A stretch of 64,000 nt of DNA from Candidatus Azambacteria bacterium (GTDB lineage: Bacteria > Patescibacteriota > Minisyncoccia > UBA10092). The stretch covers positions 38,397-102,396 of the forward strand of contig DMPO01000006.1 in NCBI GenBank assembly GCA_003455995.1, given 5' to 3'. Position 1 is the first letter of the stretch; the number at the start of each line of letters is the position of its first letter. Shown in pieces: positions 30,015 to 40,787 of this stretch. The translations under genes were made by a program, and so were the position numbers. The notes under the pieces are model-generated. The model was not told the DNA's origin, ran no database searches, and was given only the letters and a program-made list of their open reading frames with translations.

Positions 30015-30032
30015 AAAATTAGGAGGTTAAAA

Positions 30033-30911
30033 ATGAAAAAAATTGGATTCATTGGGTTGGGGACTATGGGTTTGCGGATGGTGCAGAGATTGCTTTCCGC
30101 CGGGTATAAGCTGACGGTATATAACCGGACGGCGGAAAAAGCGAACGCGCTGGTGGATAACGGCGCGCGATTTGCCGTCAATCCGAGGCAACTCGCGGAG
30201 CGTTCCGATGTAATTATTACAATGGTCAGTGATGGTCGGGCTGTTCGCGATGTTGCCGAGGGCGTATGGGGGGCATTTTCAGTAGCACAGCGGGGAACGG
30301 TTTTTATTGACTGCAGTACCATTTCGGTCGGGACAACCAAATATCTCGCTTTGAGAGCGGAAAATTTGGGATGCTATTGGCTGGACGCGCCGGCGCTTGG
30401 AGGCCCAGCGGCGGCTGAAGCCGGAGAATTGTCGTTCGTCGTTGGCGGGCCAAAAAATATTCTAGATGAAAATATAGAGATTTTTAACGCCCTCGGCAGA
30501 GTTACTTGGATGGGGGAGTGCGGCATGGGCCAGGCGGCCAAAATTGTCCATAATATGGCCTGCGGCATATCGTTAGCGGCATTCAGCGAAGCGATTATTC
30601 TGGGCGAAAAACTTGGTCTGGAAAGAAAACAAACGATAGAGACGCTATTAAACGGCGCGGTTGGAAGTCCTTTATTAAAGGTGAAGGCGCCTAAATTTGA
30701 AGAAAATGATTTTGAACCCGCTTTTGCGTTAACTATGATGTTAAAGGATTTAACCTTGGCGGAAGACGCCGCCAAAGAATCGGAACTGTTTCTCCCGGCG
30801 CTTTCGGCGGTCAAAAAGCTCTACAATTTAGCGAGAATACGCGGATTTGGCGACGAGGACTCGTCGGCCGTTATTAAAGCGTTTCAATTTTTGACGGAGG
30901 TGAAGCGATGA
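30033..30911 (+). CDS. NAD(P)-dependent beta-hydroxyacid dehydrogenase (HIBADH/tartronate-semialdehyde reductase/6PGDH-like family)
   Basis: MKKIGFIGLGTMGLRMVQRLLSAGYKLTVYNRT is the classic dinucleotide-binding N-terminus of this family. Confidence 0.75.
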   Translation: MKKIGFIGLGTMGLRMVQRLLSAGYKLTVYNRTAEKANALVDNGARFAVNPRQLAERSDVIITMVSDGRAVRDVAEGVWGAFSVAQRGTVFIDCSTISVGTTKYLALRAENLGCYWLDAPALGGPAAAEAGELSFVVGGPKNILDENIEIFNALGRVTWMGECGMGQAAKIVHNMACGISLAAFSEAIILGEKLGLERKQTIETLLNGAVGSPLLKVKAPKFEENDFEPAFALTMMLKDLTLAEDAAKESELFLPALSAVKKLYNLARIRGFGDEDSSAVIKAFQFLTEVKR

Positions 30912-32836
30912 ATGGCGCGGTGATAAAGATTATCCCCCAGTCGGAATTTGTCCGCGTTTGGCAAACAGGCGCAAATTTTTACGCTACGCTCTCTTTGATT
31001 GCCGACATGTGCCGCCTGAACGCGCTTTCGGCGGTTAAACGCGCCGGTTCCGGCCATCTTGGTTCCAGTTTCAGCGCGATGGATATTGTAACATATCTTT
31101 ATTGGTGGGAGATGAATACGATTCGGAAGGGCTTTGATAATCCGAATCGCGATATCTATTTTTCGTCAAAGGGACACGATGTTCCGGGGTTATACGCCGC
31201 GCTTTTTTCGCTTGGTATAATTTCGGAGGAACTTTTTCTGAAACTGCGCCGTCTCGGCGGCCTTCACGGCCATCCGGATATAAACAATTTAGGTATTGAG
31301 GCCAATTCTGGGTCGTTGGGAATGGGAATTTCCAAGGGCCGCGGAATGGCTTGGGCTAAAGAATATTTGGGATTGTCCGGACGAGTTTTCGTGATGACCG
31401 GCGATGGTGAGTTCCAGGAAGGGCAGAATTACGAGGCGCTTCAGGGAGCGGCGCAGTTAATGCAGGATCGCTTAATTGTGGTTATGGACCACAACAAGGT
31501 CCAAAGCGATAAATTGGTCAAAGAAATAGTTGACTTGGGCGATCTTGAAGCGAAGTTCTCGTCATTCGGTTGGTATGTTGAGCGTTGCAACGGCCATGAT
31601 TTTAAGGCGCTTGAAAAAACTTTCGCCAGAATCGATAAAATTACACAAAAACCAAAAATAATAATTGCCAACACAATCAAGGGCAAGGGCGTTTCTTTTA
31701 TGGAACACCCATATGCTCTTAAAGAAAATGGCATATATAAATGGCACGCCGGAGCGCCGGATGACGATTCTTACAAGGTAGCGTTTAAAGAATTGTTTGA
31801 AAAAATTAACACGCGGCTTGCAAAACTATTTTTGGATTCAATCACTACCAAAGAGGTGTGTGATGAAAAAGAGCCGGTCAATCAGAAAAAAGTATCCGGC
31901 GAATATATTGCCGATTCTTACGGCAAGGCGCTTGTGGCATTGGCCGCCGAGCGGGACGATTTCGTGGTATTGGACGCCGATTTGGCGGCGGATTGCCGAT
32001 TGCGCGATTTTGAAAAACAATTTCCGGAACGGTTTATCGAATGCGGCATCGCCGAGCAGGATATGGTGTCCATGGCCGGCGGCTTGGCGCGGCAGGGGAT
32101 TCTCCCGATTGTAAATTCCTTTGGAGCGTTTCTGTCATCGCGCGCCAATGAGCAAATTTACACCAACGCTTGCGAACGGTCCAAGATTATCTATGTTTGC
32201 CATTATGCCGGCCTCATTCCGGCCGGACCGGGAAAATCGCATCAGTGTCTTCGGGATGTCTCATTGTTCGGCGCGTTGCCGGATATGACTATCATTCAGC
32301 CATGCAATGCATGGGAGACGCGGCAGGCGCTTAATTATTGCGTCAATTTTACGGCCAACAGTTCTATGTTGCGTCTCAATATTGGTCCTTCTCCGCGCGT
32401 AATTGAGTTGCTGGCAGAATATGCTTTCACAAAAGGCATAGGCGCTGAACTGACAAAAGGGGAAGACGCGATTCTTTTCGCGTATGGGCCGGTGATGCTC
32501 AATGAAGCGCTTGCCGCTTCGGAGATATTGGCGAAAAAAGGATTTGGATTAAAAGTTGTCAATATGCCGTGGCTGAATTCAGTGGATGTTGAATGGTTAA
32601 GAGCGGTTTTAGGTCCGACTAAAAAAATATTCGTACTGGAAGACCACAATATAATCGGCGGTTTAGGAGATTTTCTGTTAAATCAATTTGTCACCAATAA
32701 ACTTTTGGAAGGGAAGACGTTCCGAAAATTCGGGATAACCGGATTGCCGGCCTGCGGCCGACCTGATGAAGTATTGAAATTTCACGGCCTTGATGGCGCA
32801 ACGTTTGCGAAAAAATCCAACAATAAGGAGGAATGA
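30908..32836 (+). CDS. Transketolase-family ThDP enzyme, fused N- and C-terminal halves
   Basis: GSGHLGSSFSAMDIV, GHPD...NSGSLGMGISKGRGMAWA and TGDGEFQEGQNYEAL in the N-terminal half. FIECGIAEQDMVSMAGGLA in the C-terminal half. An insertion of about 50 aa lies between the halves. Confidence 0.75.
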   Translation: MNGAVIKIIPQSEFVRVWQTGANFYATLSLIADMCRLNALSAVKRAGSGHLGSSFSAMDIVTYLYWWEMNTIRKGFDNPNRDIYFSSKGHDVPGLYAALFSLGIISEELFLKLRRLGGLHGHPDINNLGIEANSGSLGMGISKGRGMAWAKEYLGLSGRVFVMTGDGEFQEGQNYEALQGAAQLMQDRLIVVMDHNKVQSDKLVKEIVDLGDLEAKFSSFGWYVERCNGHDFKALEKTFARIDKITQKPKIIIANTIKGKGVSFMEHPYALKENGIYKWHAGAPDDDSYKVAFKELFEKINTRLAKLFLDSITTKEVCDEKEPVNQKKVSGEYIADSYGKALVALAAERDDFVVLDADLAADCRLRDFEKQFPERFIECGIAEQDMVSMAGGLARQGILPIVNSFGAFLSSRANEQIYTNACERSKIIYVCHYAGLIPAGPGKSHQCLRDVSLFGALPDMTIIQPCNAWETRQALNYCVNFTANSSMLRLNIGPSPRVIELLAEYAFTKGIGAELTKGEDAILFAYGPVMLNEALAASEILAKKGFGLKVVNMPWLNSVDVEWLRAVLGPTKKIFVLEDHNIIGGLGDFLLNQFVTNKLLEGKTFRKFGITGLPACGRPDEVLKFHGLDGATFAKKSNNKEE

Positions 32837-32840
32837 AGAT

Positions 32841-33347
32841 ATGGATTTTGAGTTGCTTGAAAAATTGCGAAAAATAAAACTTTTGGTGCTTGATTGCGAC
32901 GGCGTTCTGACTGACAGCTATGTCTATGTGAACAATGATGGCAATGAATTTTGTCGGTTTAGCCATCGCGATGGCAAGGGGATTCAACTGATTCGGGAAG
33001 CGGGGATTGAAGTGGCGATAATAACAAGCCAGAAAAGCCCCTATGTTAAAAAAAGATGCGATAAGATGGGCGTTGAATTTCACCAAGCCATTACGAACAA
33101 ACTAAGAAATCTTGGTGATATGCTTGAAGACAAAAAGATGCGTTTTCAAGAAGTTTGTTTTGTCGGCGACGATGTTAGCGACATCGCGGTAATGAATAAT
33201 GTCGGTTTGCCCATAGCGGTAGCCGATGCCGAAGAAGAAGTAAAAAAAATCACCGCATATATTACTAAAAGAAAAGGCGGCGAGCACGCCGTTCGCGAAG
33301 TTTGCAATCTGATTTTGGAAGCAAGAAGGTGTCGTAATGAATTCTGA
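32841..33347 (+). CDS. HAD-superfamily phosphatase, KdsC family (KDO-8-P / nonulosonate-9-P phosphatase type)
   Basis: LVLDCDGVLTD (DxDGV motif I) and FVGDDVSDIAVM (motif IV), about 170 aa. AAGGAGG SD before the ATG at 32841. Confidence 0.75.
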   Translation: MDFELLEKLRKIKLLVLDCDGVLTDSYVYVNNDGNEFCRFSHRDGKGIQLIREAGIEVAIITSQKSPYVKKRCDKMGVEFHQAITNKLRNLGDMLEDKKMRFQEVCFVGDDVSDIAVMNNVGLPIAVADAEEEVKKITAYITKRKGGEHAVREVCNLILEARRCRNEF

Positions 33348-34155
33348 AGCGTATAAAATGTTCTCGGTAGAGAACAAAGTGATTGTCATTACCGGCGGCG
33401 CCGGATTTCTTGGGATGCAATTTGCCAAAGCGTTAGGTTTGGCCGGCGCCCAGATTGTGATTTGGGACAATTGTGATTTCAGTTTTCTGCAATCGCAAGC
33501 CGTCTTGTTGAGGCAAAAAAATATCAAGTGCATTGCCCAAGATGTTGATTTAACGGATATGGTAGTAGTTAACAAAATGGCAAATTCGGTTATTGAAAAA
33601 TTTGACCGCATTGATGTTCTTATCAACAACGCCGCGCTCAATCCGGCTGTTGACAGCGCCGAAGCCGAGCAAATGTTCTCGCCTTACGAAAAATATCCCG
33701 TTGATCTGTTCAAGAAGGAGGTAGAAGTGGATTTGATTGGAACGCATCTTTGCATTCAGGCGGCGGCGCCGCAAATGATAAAGCGAAGATCGGGGGTGAT
33801 TTTAAATATCTCCTCCGAATACGCCAATATTGCCGCCGACAATCGAATCTACGGCGAAGGTCAGTTCAAGTCCATCGCCTATATTGCCGCCAAAAGTGGA
33901 GTTCTCGGACTCACTCGAGGCTGGGCGTCTTATCTGGGAGAGTATGGCGTTCGCGTTAACGCTTTTACTCCCGGTGGCATGCCCAAGCCGGAAGTGTCGG
34001 AAGAATTCCGACGAAAATATTCTTCACTAAATATGCTGGGGCGGACGGCAAATCCCGGAGAATATGACGGCGCGATTTTGTTCTTGTGTTCCGACGCTTC
34101 CTCATTTATGACCGGCAATCAGCTTGTCATGGATGGCGGCAAAAGCGCATGGTGA
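33337..34155 (+). CDS. Short-chain dehydrogenase/reductase (classical SDR)
   Basis: VIVITGGAGFLG Rossmann motif, NNAA, YIAAK catalytic YxxxK. The exact start is uncertain between 33337 and 33358. Confidence 0.7.
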   Translation: MNSEAYKMFSVENKVIVITGGAGFLGMQFAKALGLAGAQIVIWDNCDFSFLQSQAVLLRQKNIKCIAQDVDLTDMVVVNKMANSVIEKFDRIDVLINNAALNPAVDSAEAEQMFSPYEKYPVDLFKKEVEVDLIGTHLCIQAAAPQMIKRRSGVILNISSEYANIAADNRIYGEGQFKSIAYIAAKSGVLGLTRGWASYLGEYGVRVNAFTPGGMPKPEVSEEFRRKYSSLNMLGRTANPGEYDGAILFLCSDASSFMTGNQLVMDGGKSAW

Positions 34156-34169
34156 GAGAAGGAGGGCAT

Positions 34170-35042
34170 ATGGTAAAAATAGAAAACATATTTGTCGGAG
34201 ACGACCACCCATGTTTTATAGTCGCCGAAATCGGAATCAATCATAATGGCAGTTTGGAAATTGCCAAAAAGATGATTGATTTGGCGGCCGAATCCGGCTG
34301 CGATGCCGTGAAATTTCAAAAACGGACGCCGGATTTATGCGTTCCCGACGAACAGAAAAATATGATGTACGAAACCCCTTGGGGGTTGATACCGTATATC
34401 GAATACCGGCATAAGATTGAATTCGGGCAGAAGGGATATGAACAAATTGATGATTATTGCCGGAGGAAAGGAATCATGTGGTTCGCTTCCTGTTGGGACG
34501 AAGATAGCGTCGATTTTATCGAAAAGTTCGATCCTCCTTGCTACAAAATCGGCTCGGCGTCTTTAACCGACAGAAATCTTTTGCTCCATACTCGGTTTAA
34601 AAACAAGCCCGTTATTCTTTCAACGGGGATGAGCACGATGGAGCAGGTTTATGGCGCAGTTGATACTTTGGGGAGAGAGGACTTAATCCTCTTGCACTGT
34701 GTCGGGACTTATCCCGTGCCCGATCATGAAAATAATTTGAGGGTTATCAATACCCTGCGGGAAACATTTCCGGAAGTGCCGATTGGATACAGCGGGCATT
34801 GCCGCGGCACCACTTTGGGCGTTTGCGCCGTCGCCTTGGGCGCTTGCGTAGTAGAGAGGCACATCACGCTTGACCGCGAAATGTGGGGGTCCAATCAGGC
34901 GGCAAGCTTGGGGCCGGAGGGACTTAAGCTGATGGTCGGCAACATCCGCCGGCTGGAACTCGCTTTAGGCGACGGAGTCAAGAGAGTTTTAGAATCGGAG
35001 GTTCCTCTGATTATGAAGCTCCGCCGAAAAGTTGATTTTTGA
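34170..35042 (+). CDS. N-acylneuraminate/nonulosonate synthase family protein (NeuB-like TIM barrel), lacking C-terminal SAF domain
   Basis: MVKIENIFVGDDHPCFIVAEIGINHNGSLEIAKKMIDLAAESGCDAVKFQKR is the hallmark NeuB N-terminus. GAAGGAGGG SD before the ATG at 34170. 291 aa, shorter than typical ~340-aa NeuB. Confidence 0.75.
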   Translation: MVKIENIFVGDDHPCFIVAEIGINHNGSLEIAKKMIDLAAESGCDAVKFQKRTPDLCVPDEQKNMMYETPWGLIPYIEYRHKIEFGQKGYEQIDDYCRRKGIMWFASCWDEDSVDFIEKFDPPCYKIGSASLTDRNLLLHTRFKNKPVILSTGMSTMEQVYGAVDTLGREDLILLHCVGTYPVPDHENNLRVINTLRETFPEVPIGYSGHCRGTTLGVCAVALGACVVERHITLDREMWGSNQAASLGPEGLKLMVGNIRRLELALGDGVKRVLESEVPLIMKLRRKVDF

Positions 35043-35084
35043 CTATGTTACCAAAAATTGCTGTAGCAATTTTTGGTAACATAG
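35043..35084. other. 42-nt perfect palindrome (19-bp stem, 4-nt loop) directly after the NeuB-like gene stop
   Basis: CTATGTTACCAAAAATTGC-TGTA-GCAATTTTTGGTAACATAG. Unusually long and perfect for a terminator stem. Confidence 0.6.
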
Positions 35085-35091
35085 TAATTAC

Positions 35092-35115
35092 GCCCCGTTA
35101 ACTAACGGGGCTTTT
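35092..35115 (+). terminator. Rho-independent terminator (shared convergent-gene region)
   Basis: GCCCCGTTA-loop-TAACGGGGC followed by TTTT. Overlaps the stop codon of the minus-strand flippase gene. Confidence 0.65.
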
Positions 35116-36360
35116 GAATTTCCAAAGCGCGATGCTTATAAAAAATATGATGATATAATAAATCACCTGCGCCAGAACTAATCCCAAAATGCCGCCCCAA
35201 ATGCCGAGCGCCACATACAAAATTATTTTGACAATACTGGAAGAGATACTGCTTGACGCGATGGCTCCGAACATTTTTTGGGAGTTGATGGCCGTTCCGA
35301 TATAGCCCACCGGAGCGATGAAAATAAAAGATAATGCCAAAATTTGAGAATAGAAAATTGAGTCAATATATTTGGGCAATAAATATTTAAATACTAAAGG
35401 CGATACTAAAATATATCCGACGGCGAGAAGCGCTCCCAAACCGATTGCCTGAAATATTCTTTTGTAAAAAACTTCGTCTATCTCCTCGGTATTTTTAACG
35501 GCAAGCTTGGGCAGTCCGAGATTTATGATGCTTTTTATAAACGGCCCGACTTTATCCGGAATTGCTCGCGCCAGAGAATACACCGCCAATGGCGCCGGAC
35601 CCCAAAAATGAACAAGAACGATGCTATCGGTTTGCGCCACAATCGGGCCGATGAATCCCAAAAGCGTCAGCCGGCGGCCGTATTTGACGACATCTCCGGC
35701 CGGCGCCAACGGCGGATTAAAAATCTGCAGTGTTTTCCAATAAAAAAATATATTGGCAATCAGAGTAGTTAAAGCGTAGGCGATAATAAGCGGCAATATT
35801 TCCTTGCTTAACAGCGTTGCCAGCAACATTCCGGCGGCGTATATGGCGGTTGAAAAAATACTGAATAAATTATTGATTTTAAATTGTTTTTTGCCGTCAA
35901 GATACGCGCCGTAGGTATTGAACGCGAAAGTCAGGGGTGTAAATATGCCAAAAATAAGGAAAGAAATCGCAAGAATTTGATTATCGTTTAGAAAATAATA
36001 ACCTCCCAATCCCCACATAGCGATTGCCATCATAACATTCCATTTCAACTGGTATCTGACGGAAGTTCTTAACGCCCCTTCATTGCCGGTGGCCGTGGCT
36101 TGGCTGACCGCCGCGTTCATTCCGGTCATGGTAAAAACATTGAATATGCCCGCCAAAGACAAAATATAGCGGTAAAATCCGTAGGTTTCTTTCGGAAGCA
36201 AATTCGCGAAAGCGATTATCAAAAGGAAGGAAATCGAGCTATTCATTCCTTGTCCGAAAGCCGTCCAAAAACCGCCGCCGGCGAAATATTTTAAATCCAA
36301 GCCAAAAAATTCGGTGCCATAGTTTATGAATTTATGGTAAATTTCTTTTTTACTTTCCAT
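35098..36360 (-). CDS. Polysaccharide/O-antigen flippase (Wzx-like, MOP superfamily)
   Basis: 420 aa with about 12 TM helices. N-terminal pattern typical of Polysacc_synt proteins. Upstream of the initiating sugar transferase. Confidence 0.6.
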   Translation of the reverse strand: MESKKEIYHKFINYGTEFFGLDLKYFAGGGFWTAFGQGMNSSISFLLIIAFANLLPKETYGFYRYILSLAGIFNVFTMTGMNAAVSQATATGNEGALRTSVRYQLKWNVMMAIAMWGLGGYYFLNDNQILAISFLIFGIFTPLTFAFNTYGAYLDGKKQFKINNLFSIFSTAIYAAGMLLATLLSKEILPLIIAYALTTLIANIFFYWKTLQIFNPPLAPAGDVVKYGRRLTLLGFIGPIVAQTDSIVLVHFWGPAPLAVYSLARAIPDKVGPFIKSIINLGLPKLAVKNTEEIDEVFYKRIFQAIGLGALLAVGYILVSPLVFKYLLPKYIDSIFYSQILALSFIFIAPVGYIGTAINSQKMFGAIASSSISSSIVKIILYVALGIWGGILGLVLAQVIYYIIIFFISIALWKFKSPVS

Positions 36361-37690
36361 TGCCGGATAGTAAAATCTTGATGGTTTTTAGAATAATCGA
36401 AAAATCCAGAAATATTGAGCGATTTTTGAGATAATACAGATCATATTGAAGTTTCTCCATTGTTTCTTTGAAGGTTGGGCCGGCCTTAGGATTATGTAAT
36501 TGCGCCCAGCCGGCAATTCCCGGTTTTATCAAATGGCGCATTTCGTAGAAGGGGATTTCTTCCGATAGTTTTTCAACAAGTTCCGGCTTTTCGGGCCGAG
36601 GTCCGATAAATGACATCTGTCCCAATAAAATATTCCAGACCTGCGGCAGTTCATCTATGTGTGTTTTTCGCAAAAATCTGCCGACAAAAGTCATTTCTTC
36701 TTTCAAGGGCTTGCGCATTTCGTATTTGCCGCTCTTATCGCTGGATAGCGATCTGAATTTAGTTAGTGTAAATATCTTTCCGTTTTTTCCTACGCGGTGG
36801 CGTCTGAAAAAAATCGGTCCCGGATTGGAGATTTCTATGGCCAAAACAGCAAAAGGGAATATCAACAGCGCGATGGTTCCTAAAATAATTGAGCCGATAA
36901 TATCTATGATTCTCTTTACGATTTCGTAAAGATTTTTTTTGGATTGCCCGATATTTTCCAAAAACCACGCCTCCTGAATGATTGAAATTGGCACTCGGTC
37001 TGTTGTAAGTTCGTAAAACTTATCAAGGTCGTTAATAGCGGCGCCTTGCTTAAAATATCTGAAAAGCAAATAGGACAGTTTTTTTGAATGATCGAATTGT
37101 TCGGCCGAAATAATCAGTGAGAATCTTTTATCTCGCCAAAGGTTTTCCAGTTCGGAGGAATTATCAGGCGCCAAAATTCCGGCCACTCGATAGCCCAATT
37201 GCGGATTGTTGTTCAAAAATTCTTTCAACTCCAATATTTCCGGACTGGCGCCGATAAATACGACGCCGATCTTTAGCGCTTTTGTGGCCCACTTGTTAAA
37301 ATATTGCCTCCAATAATAAAGAATGGCCACGGTCAAAACTAGATCGATAAACAGATTTATTTTGGGCGTGATTATGAAATATGGTATAAAGTAGAAGAAG
37401 GAAATGGCGATTGCCGCGTTAACGCCGAATGTGATGATGAGATTTTTATAGAAGAATTCTTCATTCTTGAGTTTCAACAGATCATAGAGGCCGGCAGTCC
37501 AAAAAATAATTAGCCAAAAAGCGAATATTATGCTAAAAGGAACAAGATGAAGAGGGACAGAATTCAATAGCGTTGAAAAATCGCGTTCGATAACCGCATA
37601 TCGTATCAGAAGAGTCAACCCCAAGGCGACATAGAATATCACAAAGTCGCTAACAACAAGCAAAAATATCTTTAACCGTTTTCGCCACAT
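36350..37690 (-). CDS. Polyprenyl-phosphate sugar-1-phosphate transferase (WbaP/WcaJ-type initiating phosphoglycosyltransferase, Bac_transf domain)
   Basis: C-terminal PGPIFFRRHRVGKNGKIF...DELPQVWNILLGQMSFIGPRPE is diagnostic. N-terminal TM helices plus a central domain as in large PGTs. Confidence 0.8.
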   Translation of the reverse strand: MWRKRLKIFLLVVSDFVIFYVALGLTLLIRYAVIERDFSTLLNSVPLHLVPFSIIFAFWLIIFWTAGLYDLLKLKNEEFFYKNLIITFGVNAAIAISFFYFIPYFIITPKINLFIDLVLTVAILYYWRQYFNKWATKALKIGVVFIGASPEILELKEFLNNNPQLGYRVAGILAPDNSSELENLWRDKRFSLIISAEQFDHSKKLSYLLFRYFKQGAAINDLDKFYELTTDRVPISIIQEAWFLENIGQSKKNLYEIVKRIIDIIGSIILGTIALLIFPFAVLAIEISNPGPIFFRRHRVGKNGKIFTLTKFRSLSSDKSGKYEMRKPLKEEMTFVGRFLRKTHIDELPQVWNILLGQMSFIGPRPEKPELVEKLSEEIPFYEMRHLIKPGIAGWAQLHNPKAGPTFKETMEKLQYDLYYLKNRSIFLDFSIILKTIKILLSGNGK

Positions 37691-37718
37691 GGTTTAAGTG
37701 TAAAACTTAAAGCGAAAA

Positions 37719-39920
<2,202 letters not shown>

Positions 39921-39921
39921 T

Positions 39922-40779
39922 ATGGCAAATATGAAGTTTAGAATTGTTTTCGGTCTTATTCTGCTCATTCTGGTTTTTATCGGCTTTTTTGTCGGTCTGC
40001 CTTATTTTCTCCGGAAAATTCAGTTGAGCCCGATTTTTGAATTTCCCAAATTCACATTTATGTCCGCGCCCGCGCTATCTACATCCACGCCAGGATTTTG
40101 GAATTTTTTTAGTCCGGCGCAAGTTCAATCGCGGCGCCAATCCATTGTCCAATCCGGCAATTCGATATTTCAAAATAAAATCAATATCGCCGGCGTTTCC
40201 AAATACGGCAGAGAGAGCGTTAATTTGAGCAACGCTTCCCCCTCCCTGGTTAATATTACCGGATGGAGAATCAAGAGCAGAAACAGAGGGGAATTTGTTA
40301 TTGGCAAGGGGCTGGCGCTTCCCAATTTCAGCTCAGATCTTTCCGATGTTTGGCTTTCTGCGGGCGAATCGGCCGAAATCATAGCCGATATCAGCCCTTT
40401 GGCGAACAATTTCAGAATCAATAGTTGTTTCGGAGGTATAAGCGAATTATACAATTTGGGATATGGATTTAGTTGCCCGGCCATCGCGCCGATGGATTTC
40501 GCCGGCATGGACAGCGCCTGCCAGGATTTGATAATGCGCAGTTCGTCCTGCCGCGCGCCAAGCGACAATATATTGAACCAACAATCTTCAAAATGCCGGA
40601 CATGGTTTGAAAAAAATGTGAATTATCCAGCCTGCGTTTCCAAACATATCAACGACAGGAATTTCTATGGAGGATGGAAAATTTTTACCGGCAACAAAAT
40701 GCAAATTTTCGACCCGCTTCACGACAAAATCGAACTTCGCGATCGCGCGGGACTGGCGGTCGACTCTTATGAGTATTGA
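39922..40779 (+). CDS. Hypothetical signal-anchored protein, possible lamin-tail-like beta domain
   Basis: N-terminal TM helix. The segment NLSNASPSLVNITGWRIKSRNRGEFVIGKG weakly resembles LTD domains. Several Cys in the C-terminal half. Confidence 0.35.
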   Translation: MANMKFRIVFGLILLILVFIGFFVGLPYFLRKIQLSPIFEFPKFTFMSAPALSTSTPGFWNFFSPAQVQSRRQSIVQSGNSIFQNKINIAGVSKYGRESVNLSNASPSLVNITGWRIKSRNRGEFVIGKGLALPNFSSDLSDVWLSAGESAEIIADISPLANNFRINSCFGGISELYNLGYGFSCPAIAPMDFAGMDSACQDLIMRSSSCRAPSDNILNQQSSKCRTWFEKNVNYPACVSKHINDRNFYGGWKIFTGNKMQIFDPLHDKIELRDRAGLAVDSYEY

Positions 40780-40787
40780 ACGATTTT

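Noticed and set aside
30374-30814. 146-aa minus-strand ORF rich in Ala/Ser/Pro
   Set aside because: Antisense to the HIBADH-family dehydrogenase. Low-complexity translation is typical of GC-rich antisense frames.
33102-33641. 179-aa minus-strand ORF
   Set aside because: Antisense to the KdsC-like phosphatase and SDR genes, which have clear catalytic motifs. No domain signal in this ORF.
37691-37718. Short inverted repeat TTTAAGT/ACTTAAA in the 28-bp gap between divergent genes
   Set aside because: The 7-bp arms are too short to distinguish from chance in AT-rich DNA. Noted only as a possible shared operator.
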